From an uncultured Chloroflexia bacterium (GTDB lineage Bacteria; Chloroflexota; UBA5177): a DNA stretch of 64,000 bases. The stretch lies in contig CAVTRL010000003.1 in the NCBI GenBank assembly GCA_963737125.1, forward strand, positions 132,204 to 196,203. Direction: 5' to 3'. The notes below the pieces were generated by a model. The model was not told the DNA's origin. It made no database searches and saw only the letters and a program-made list of their open reading frames with translations. This document shows, piece by piece, positions 57,321 through 64,000 of the stretch (its first letter is position 1; every line of letters starts with the position of its first letter). The position numbers and the translations under genes were made by a program.

Positions 57321-58222
57321 ACGCGACGCTCATCCTCAATCCGGGCGCGGGCCGGGCGGCAGGACCGGATCATCTGACCGGCGCGCTGCACGTGCTCGAA
57401 AGTCACGGTTGGCAGGTCGATGTCCAGCGGAGTCGTTCGCCGGGCGATGTGACGGCGATCGCTCGGGACGCCGTGCGGAAGCGGGCCAACGCGGTGGTCG
57501 TGGCAGGCGGAGACGGCACGATAAACGCTGCCGTGCAGGCTCTGGCGGGCACTGACACGGCCCTGGGGTATTTGCCGTACGGGACGGTAAACGTGTGGGC
57601 GCGTGAGGTAGGCATCCCCCTCACGGCGCGCGCCGCGGCACGGTCTCTGGTGACGGGCACTACCGTCACGCTTGACCTGGGACGGGCCGATGACCGGTTC
57701 TTTCTTCTGATGGCCGGAATCGGTTTCGATGCGGCGGTGTTGCAGCGCAGCGTCGCCGTCGAGCGATACAAACGACGATTAGGAGTGATTCCCTACGCCG
57801 CCATGGGGTTTGCCACGGCTGCCTCGTATCGAGGGATCGACGTGGAACTGCGGTTCGATGGGCTGATTCGGCGTGTCCAGGCGATCATGGTGGTGGTCGG
57901 GAATACCCGCCTCTACGGAGGACGATTTCGTTTCACTCCCGACGCAGTTGCCAACGACGGCCAATTGGACGTGTGTATCGTGAAGGGCCACGGCTTCATG
58001 TCTCTCGTTCGGCAGACCGTCCCGCTGGTAATAGAAGGATCGGTTGCGCACTGCGACGTGGAATTCCTGCGCGTACGTGAGCTCACCGTCCAGGGCGACG
58101 GGCGTGTCCCGGTACAGTTAGACGGGGAGCTGGCAGGAAGCACACCTACCCGCTTTACCGTTGCCGGCAAGACTCTGCGAGCTATCGTGCCGTCGGATTT
58201 CAGCACTGAATTACTGGCCTGA
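57317..58222 (+). CDS. Diacylglycerol/lipid kinase family protein (YegS/DagK)
   Basis: VVAGGDGTINAAVQAL and GIGFDAAV motifs. GTG start overlaps the murE stop. Confidence 0.85.
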   Translation: MNATLILNPGAGRAAGPDHLTGALHVLESHGWQVDVQRSRSPGDVTAIARDAVRKRANAVVVAGGDGTINAAVQALAGTDTALGYLPYGTVNVWAREVGIPLTARAAARSLVTGTTVTLDLGRADDRFFLLMAGIGFDAAVLQRSVAVERYKRRLGVIPYAAMGFATAASYRGIDVELRFDGLIRRVQAIMVVVGNTRLYGGRFRFTPDAVANDGQLDVCIVKGHGFMSLVRQTVPLVIEGSVAHCDVEFLRVRELTVQGDGRVPVQLDGELAGSTPTRFTVAGKTLRAIVPSDFSTELLA

Positions 58223-58236
58223 CCAGGAGAGTCGGA

Positions 58237-59790
58237 ATGAACCATGCACACACTGGAGTCACGGTCGTCGGTCTCGGCCCTGGCTCCTGGGAGTCGCTCA
58301 CGATCGAGGCGGCGCGAGTTTTGCAGACCGCGGCGACCATCTACGTGCGAACCACGACACATCCCAGCTTTGACGAGATACGGTCAGAGATTCCCGGCGT
58401 CCAGATCGAGTCGTTCGACGCCCTCTACGAGGAACGTTCCAGTTTCGACGACGTATATGAAGGTATTGTTGACGCGCTGCTGGAGCGCGCGCGAACGAGC
58501 GGTGGGGTGATCTACGCGGTACCGGGCAGCCCGACCGTCGGGGAACGATCGGTGCGGCTGCTGTTGGACCGATGCACAGCGTTGGCGATCCCGGTGCGAG
58601 TCGTGCAGGGCATGAGTCACATCGAGCCGGTGCTCACGTCGGTGGGTGTGACGGACGCGGCGTGGATCGACGTGCTCGATGCCTCGGAGATCGCGCTACT
58701 GAGCCGTGAGAACGCGCTTGGCGAAGTGGACGGGTTACCCACGCGTCTGCCGTGGCGAGCGCCATCGCCCACCGCTCCGGCCATCATCTCACGGCTTTAC
58801 AGTCGAGAGCTGGCTACCGGGGTTAAATTGTGGCTGGGGAAATTCTATCCAGACGATCACCGGGTGACACTCGTGCGGCTTTCCGGCGATCCAGGCATGA
58901 CGTCACGCGACATTGCCCTGTTCGAGCTTGACCGGCTGGCGGACATCGACGCGAGTACAGTCGCGTATATCCCGCCGCTGACCGAGACCGACAATGTGCG
59001 CACCTTCGCGGGTCTCATGCAGCTAACCCGGACGCTGCGGGCCCCGGGTGGCTGTCCGTGGGACCGAGAGCAGACGCATAGTTCGTTGAAGCCGCACTTG
59101 CTGGAAGAAGCGTATGAGGTACTCGACGCGCTGGACGGCGGGAACCCCGACTTGATCGCCGAAGAGCTTGGAGACCTTCTCTTTCAGGTCACAATCCACA
59201 GCCAGGTCGCGGCGGAGTCAGGCGAGTTCACGATCGAGGACGTTATTGAAGGCATCATGCGCAAGCTCATCGGCCGCCATCCGCATGTGTTTGGGAGCAT
59301 GGAACTACACAATTCGCAAGATGTCCGGCACGCCTGGGAGTCGTTCAAGCAACGGGAAAAGCCCAAGCGCGCATCGGTTCTGGAAGAGATCCCTCGTGGT
59401 CTGCCGGCGCTGCCACAGTCGAACCTGATTCAAAAGCGGGCCGCGAGCGTGGGATTCGAGTGGCCCAACGTCGAAGAGGTCATTGCCAAGGTCGAAGAAG
59501 AGATTCGAGAGCTGCGCGTTGAAATCGAGGATCAGACGTCCAGGGACGCCATGCGAGAGGAATTCGGCGATATCTTGTTTGCTTTGGTGAGCGTGGCTCG
59601 TCATTTGAGGCTCGATCCTGAGGAGGCACTGCGCCTGGCGAACCGCAAATTCGCGACCCGTTTTCAACAGGTCGAAGCGCGGGTTAAGGCAGCCAATACC
59701 GTGCTGCGGGACCTCACACCGGATGAGCTCGATCGCTACTGGAACGAGGCGAAAGCAACAGCACCTGCGATGGAACCCATCGAACGGTAG
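58237..59790 (+). CDS. Tetrapyrrole-methylase domain plus MazG nucleoside triphosphate pyrophosphohydrolase (YabN-like)
   Basis: N-terminal TP-methylase fold (VTVVGLGPGSWESLT). Two MazG EExxE/DxxFQ-type repeats (EEAYEVLDAL...GDLLFQV; EEIRELRVE...GDILFALV). Confidence 0.85.
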   Translation: MNHAHTGVTVVGLGPGSWESLTIEAARVLQTAATIYVRTTTHPSFDEIRSEIPGVQIESFDALYEERSSFDDVYEGIVDALLERARTSGGVIYAVPGSPTVGERSVRLLLDRCTALAIPVRVVQGMSHIEPVLTSVGVTDAAWIDVLDASEIALLSRENALGEVDGLPTRLPWRAPSPTAPAIISRLYSRELATGVKLWLGKFYPDDHRVTLVRLSGDPGMTSRDIALFELDRLADIDASTVAYIPPLTETDNVRTFAGLMQLTRTLRAPGGCPWDREQTHSSLKPHLLEEAYEVLDALDGGNPDLIAEELGDLLFQVTIHSQVAAESGEFTIEDVIEGIMRKLIGRHPHVFGSMELHNSQDVRHAWESFKQREKPKRASVLEEIPRGLPALPQSNLIQKRAASVGFEWPNVEEVIAKVEEEIRELRVEIEDQTSRDAMREEFGDILFALVSVARHLRLDPEEALRLANRKFATRFQQVEARVKAANTVLRDLTPDELDRYWNEAKATAPAMEPIER

Positions 59791-59976
59791 CGAATGGGGA
59801 ACCGGGTGAATCGCCCGATACGGCGGCAAAGCGTGCCGTCAAGCAGGCTGCGTCCCGAGGGGTGCCCCGACGTGTCCGGCTGGGGAGCCGCAGGCCGCGC
59901 GGCATGTTGTACCATTTAGCAGCCAAAAGGCGTCCCGTGTACCTGGTTTGGACATGGGTTGCAAGGGAGACGAACC

Positions 59977-61506
59977 ATGGGAACCACAGTGACCGTCATT
60001 GTGGCGGTCGTAGCGGCCCTGGTTGGTGGTGTCGTCGCGTATTTCTACGCGCGAGGACAGGTCACGAACCGAGCGGAAGCTACGCAGGCAGATGCCGACC
60101 GCCTCATGACAGAAGCGCAGGCGCAGCATAAGGAAATCATCCTCGAGGCGAAGGATGAGGCGCACAAGATCCGCGGGGATGCGGAGCAGGATGCACGGGA
60201 GCGGCGGAGCGAGGTACAACGCCAGGAACGCCGTATCCAGCAAAAGGAAGAGAACCTCGATCAGCGTCTGGATCGACTTGAGAAGCGCGAACGCGCGCTC
60301 AACACACGGGAAGACGAGATCGAGCAACATCGTGCCAAGATTGACGAATTGATCGAAGAGCAACGTCATGAGCTGGAACGAGTATCGGGCATGACCCGTG
60401 ACGAGGCGGTCGACGTGTTCATGCGAAACGTCGAGGTCGAGGTGCGAGATCAGGCGAACCAGATGGTTCGGCAGATCGAGGCTCAGGCGAAAGAGGAAGC
60501 AGACGACCGCGCCCGGCGCATCATTACCACCACGATTCAGCGATGGGCTTCGGACCAGGTGTCGGAGTCGTCGGTATCGGTCGTACCTCTGCCGGGCGAA
60601 GAAATGAAGGGCCGGATTATCGGACGCGAGGGCCGGAACATCAGGGCGCTGGAAATGGCGACGGGAGTCGACCTCATCATCGACGATACGCCGGAAGCGG
60701 TTATCCTGTCGGGATTCGATCCGGTACGGCGAGAGATCGCCCGTCAGGCGCTGAACAAGCTGATACAAGACGGCCGGATCCATCCGGCGCGCATCGAGGA
60801 GATGGTCGAGAAAGCTCGATCGGAAGTAGAAACGATCATCAAAGAGGAGGGCGAACGCGCTGCGTTCGAGGCCGGTGTTCCGGGGTTAAACCCGGATTTG
60901 TTGAAGGCGGTTGGGCGGTTGCACTTCCGGTTCAGCATGGGTCAAAACGTGCTCAAGCACTCGGTGGAGACGGCCCATCTGGCGGCGATCATGGCCTCGG
61001 AATTGGGCGCAGACGTGAACGTCGCTCGGCGCGGTGGTTTGCTACACGACATCGGCAAAGGCGTCTCGCACGAAGTCGAAGGCCCGCACGCGTTGATCGG
61101 AGCCGATATCGCCAAGCGACTCGGTCAGCCGCCCAAAGTGGTCCACGCCATTGCGGCGCACCACTTCGAGGAAGAGCCCCAAACGGTGGAAGCATTTCTG
61201 GTACAGGCGGCGGATGCTATCTCGGGTGCGCGGCCCGGCGCCAGGCGCGACACTCTGGAGAGCTATGTGAAACGCCTGGAGGCCCTGGAAAACATCGCCA
61301 ACTCGTTCGAGGGTGTCGACAAGAGCTTCGCAATTCAGGCGGGCCGCGAGGTTCGCATCGTGGTAAAACCGGAGGATGTGGACGATCTGGCGGCGGCGCG
61401 CATGGCGCGGGAAATCGTGAGCAAAATCGAGGAGACTCTGGAGTACCCCGGCCAGATCAAGGTCATGGTGATCCGCGAGAAGCGGGTTGTGGACTACGCC
61501 AAGTAG
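59977..61506 (+). CDS. rny: Ribonuclease Y
   Basis: N-terminal TM helix, coiled coil, KH domain ([25 protein letters not shown]), HD domain ([13 protein letters not shown]...LLHDIGK). Confidence 0.9.
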   Translation: MGTTVTVIVAVVAALVGGVVAYFYARGQVTNRAEATQADADRLMTEAQAQHKEIILEAKDEAHKIRGDAEQDARERRSEVQRQERRIQQKEENLDQRLDRLEKRERALNTREDEIEQHRAKIDELIEEQRHELERVSGMTRDEAVDVFMRNVEVEVRDQANQMVRQIEAQAKEEADDRARRIITTTIQRWASDQVSESSVSVVPLPGEEMKGRIIGREGRNIRALEMATGVDLIIDDTPEAVILSGFDPVRREIARQALNKLIQDGRIHPARIEEMVEKARSEVETIIKEEGERAAFEAGVPGLNPDLLKAVGRLHFRFSMGQNVLKHSVETAHLAAIMASELGADVNVARRGGLLHDIGKGVSHEVEGPHALIGADIAKRLGQPPKVVHAIAAHHFEEEPQTVEAFLVQAADAISGARPGARRDTLESYVKRLEALENIANSFEGVDKSFAIQAGREVRIVVKPEDVDDLAAARMAREIVSKIEETLEYPGQIKVMVIREKRVVDYAK

Positions 61507-62282
61507 TGCGGATACTCTTCATCGGTGATATTTACGGGAAGCCGGGCCGCAAAGCGGTCCGGCATTTCCTTCCCAGGCTGAGGGCCAGCCATGCGCCGGA
61601 CGTCGTGATCGCCAATGGCGAAAACATGGCGGGCGGAGCAGGCATCACCCGCGACACGGCACGTGAGATGTTCGACCTGGGTGTCGACGCGCTCACGACC
61701 GGGAACCATGTATGGGATCAGCGCGAAGCGCTCGAATACCTTGATCAGGAGCCGCGCATCGTACGGCCGTTGAACTGGCCGCCCGGTACACCGGGTCATG
61801 GGTGGGTCGACGTGGGAGTCGAGGGCGATACGCTCACGGTAGTAAACGTGCAGGGCCGCGTATTCATGCGATCGCTTGACGACCCGTTCCGAGGCATGGA
61901 CGCGGTACTTGCGGAGCTGGAGGGCCGGGACAAGATCTTCGTCGATGTCCATGCCGAAGCGACCGGCGAAAAGCAGGCGCTGGGGTTCTATCTGGATGGT
62001 CGGGTGAGCGCACTGGTGGGCACGCACACTCACGTCCCCACGGCGGATGCTCGCGTGCTTCCCAAGGGAACGGCATTCATCACGGACGTCGGCATGGTTG
62101 GTCCCCGTGATTCGGTCATCGGCAGCGATCCGACCGCGATAATCGAACGGTACCTGACACAAATGTATCGCCGGTTAGAAATGGGACGGGGGCCGGTGAT
62201 GTTCAATGCTGTTGTGATTGACCTCGATGTCTCGGGTAAAGCGACCTCAATCGACTTGGTCCAAGACTTGCTCACGAGTTAA
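61506..62282 (+). CDS. ymdB: YmdB-family metallophosphoesterase (2',3'-cyclic-nucleotide phosphodiesterase, TIGR00282)
   Basis: [18 protein letters not shown]...GNHVWD...GTHTHVPTADARV. GTG overlaps the rny stop. Conserved rny-ymdB pair. Confidence 0.85.
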   Translation: MRILFIGDIYGKPGRKAVRHFLPRLRASHAPDVVIANGENMAGGAGITRDTAREMFDLGVDALTTGNHVWDQREALEYLDQEPRIVRPLNWPPGTPGHGWVDVGVEGDTLTVVNVQGRVFMRSLDDPFRGMDAVLAELEGRDKIFVDVHAEATGEKQALGFYLDGRVSALVGTHTHVPTADARVLPKGTAFITDVGMVGPRDSVIGSDPTAIIERYLTQMYRRLEMGRGPVMFNAVVIDLDVSGKATSIDLVQDLLTS

Positions 62283-62389
62283 AAGAGCGCCGAGCCGGTG
62301 GTAATTTCCACACACATTTCTAAGGGGCCCGGAGTCTGGTGAATGATAGAATAAGGCCCTACAGGCAATGAATCGAGGTCCAGTACATC

Positions 62390-62896
62390 ATGATGATTCC
62401 AGTAGTCGTCGAGAGCGTACGTATGAACTTGACGAACGGTCAGCGTGTCGTGATTCTCAAAGACGACAAGCTCGATCGGTACCTTTTGATCTGGGTGGGC
62501 CAAAACGAATCGCAAGCGATTGCACTCGAGCTCCAGAATGAAAAAGCTCCGCGTCCGATGACAGCGGATCTGCTCAAGTCGATCGTGGATGAGCTCGGGG
62601 CCCGTGTGGTCGAAGTGCGCGTGACCGATTTAACCGACGACGTCTACTACGCGCGTATTGGATTGCTTACCGCGCAGAACGACCGTCTCGACATTGATTC
62701 GCGTCCGAGTGACGCCATCGCGCTGGCCGTGCGAGCGGAAGCGCCCATATTTGTCGACGATTCGATCCTCGAGAATTCGTCTATTCGACTGCCGGCCGAG
62801 CAAGATGATCGCCTCGAAGTGTACCGCGACTTCGTCAATGGACTGTTTGAACGCGGCCACGACGTCGAAGAAGGCGAGCGACGGCCCGACGCCTGA
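62390..62896 (+). CDS. Bifunctional nuclease (BFN/DUF151) family protein
   Basis: RYLLIWVGQNESQAIALELQ...PRPMTADLL...DSRPSDAIALAVRAEAPIFV is the DUF151 signature. Confidence 0.75.
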   Translation: MMIPVVVESVRMNLTNGQRVVILKDDKLDRYLLIWVGQNESQAIALELQNEKAPRPMTADLLKSIVDELGARVVEVRVTDLTDDVYYARIGLLTAQNDRLDIDSRPSDAIALAVRAEAPIFVDDSILENSSIRLPAEQDDRLEVYRDFVNGLFERGHDVEEGERRPDA

Positions 62897-62897
62897 T

Positions 62898-63239
62898 ATG
62901 GCCGAGTTTCCCGCGGGACAGGAACAGAAGCTCAAGCAGCTAATCAGCACGTATCGTTGTCATGTCTGCCGGCGAAGCTTTCAGCGCGACCATGTGCGGC
63001 TCGCCGCTCGACATGAACAGCTCTGGATCGTCAGCGTGCGATGTACGCTGTGCCGAAACCAGCAGGTGTTCTGGATCGCGTTGAAGGACGAAGTAGGGGA
63101 AAGCGTATTGCGGGATGTAGCCCGCAGCGATGAACCGTCTCCTCCCGAAGAAGAGCCGTTGACGTTGGATGACGTGCTCGACATGCACGAGTTCCTAGAA
63201 TCGTTTAACGGTGACTTTCAGCGTCTCTTCTTGACCTAG
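62898..63239 (+). CDS. Hypothetical C4 zinc-ribbon protein
   Basis: CHVCRR...CTLCRN motifs. 113 aa. Convergently overlaps the obg 3' end. Confidence 0.5.
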   Translation: MAEFPAGQEQKLKQLISTYRCHVCRRSFQRDHVRLAARHEQLWIVSVRCTLCRNQQVFWIALKDEVGESVLRDVARSDEPSPPEEEPLTLDDVLDMHEFLESFNGDFQRLFLT

Positions 63240-64000
63240 CCCGGCTCCGACCTTTCTCCCCGTCGGTTTCGTAGCTCGAGTCCCACTGCAATTCGACGGA
63301 GCCGATGCGGACTTTACTGCCCTCTCGGGCGCCGGCCCTTTCGAGTGCGGCAATCACGCCCATCTGTTTCAGCCGCCTCTGCAGGCGATACAGGGCCTCG
63401 TCGGAGCCGGTATCGGTCATGACGGCGAGGCGTTCCACTTCTTCACCACTGACGTGGAAGGTCTTTCGGCGCCGTTCCACCTCGAAGTAATCGCGCGGCG
63501 GCTTGATCACGATCCGTTCGACTTTCTCGGGTTCGTCCTCGGTTCGCCGACCGGCTTGCCCCTCTTCGGTAAGGAATTGCGCGAGACGATACTTCAGCTC
63601 CTCGACTCCGCTGCGAGTGAGCGCCGAAATCGCGAAAGATTCGTAGCCCAGAGCGGCGAACGCCGCGCGCAATTGCGTCCAGCGCTCCTGTGCTTCGGGT
63701 AGGTCGAGTTTGTTCACCGCGACAAACTGCGGCTTGTCCAGCAGAGAGGCATCGTACTGCTCGAGCTCGCTGTTCACTTGATTGAAGGCTTCAATCGGAT
63801 CGCGCCCACTACCATCGATCACGTGCACCAGGACTACCGTCCGCTCGATGTGACGCAGAAACTCATGACCAAGGCCCACGCCTTCATGAGCGCCCTCGAT
63901 CAAGCCCGGAATATCGGCCGCGACGAAATCGAAGTCACCGGCATCCACCACTCCAAGGTTGGGAGAAAGCGTCGTAAACGGGTAATCGGCGATTTTTGGG
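63205..64000 (-). CDS. obg: GTPase Obg/CgtA (C-terminal part; N-terminus lies beyond the window edge)
   Basis: [57 protein letters not shown]4 motif, and C-terminal OCT/TGS domain. Confidence 0.9.
   Translation of the reverse strand, partial: PKIADYPFTTLSPNLGVVDAGDFDFVAADIPGLIEGAHEGVGLGHEFLRHIERTVVLVHVIDGSGRDPIEAFNQVNSELEQYDASLLDKPQFVAVNKLDLPEAQERWTQLRAAFAALGYESFAISALTRSGVEELKYRLAQFLTEEGQAGRRTEDEPEKVERIVIKPPRDYFEVERRRKTFHVSGEEVERLAVMTDTGSDEALYRLQRRLKQMGVIAALERAGAREGSKVRIGSVELQWDSSYETDGEKGRSRARSRRDAESHR

Overview
High-GC (~65%) bacterial chromosomal segment; gene content (RNase Y, a GAAC-N4-GTTC SOS box, suf operon with embedded Rieske protein) fits Chloroflexota or Actinomycetota. It is mostly core and housekeeping loci. 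These include a leuS–tRNA-Ala×2–rpmA–rplU block and a Rrf2–sufCBD–Rieske–sufT iron-sulfur assembly operon. Glycolysis genes (eno, gpmI, pfk) and cysteine desulfurase/NifU are present. So are cell-wall genes (femX-like, murE), the rny–ymdB pair, obg, mutM, coaE and an ABC-F ATPase. Between these lie accessory-looking modules. One is an ECF sigma/anti-sigma pair next to a cluster of small stress-type proteins (PRC-barrel/DUF2382, holin-X, DUF3618, YciE-like). Another is an NfeD–SPFH operon with a divergent NfeD::LuxR-HTH fusion. A second SPFH gene is coupled to an Arc-type RHH regulator behind a 33-bp perfect palindrome. A HerA/FtsK-type (DUF87) ATPase is translationally coupled to an unrecognisable 209-aa partner. 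A LexA-box-controlled hypothetical gene, a DUF1800/DUF1501 pair and two two-component-system genes are also present. No CRISPR arrays, transposases or integrases were seen. Many conserved genes carry internal frameshifts (leuS about six, rplU, hppA two, a hydrolase, GT39, femX-like), so the sequence is either low-accuracy or partly pseudogenised. All coordinates and identities come from reading the six-frame translations and motifs by eye; no database search was possible.
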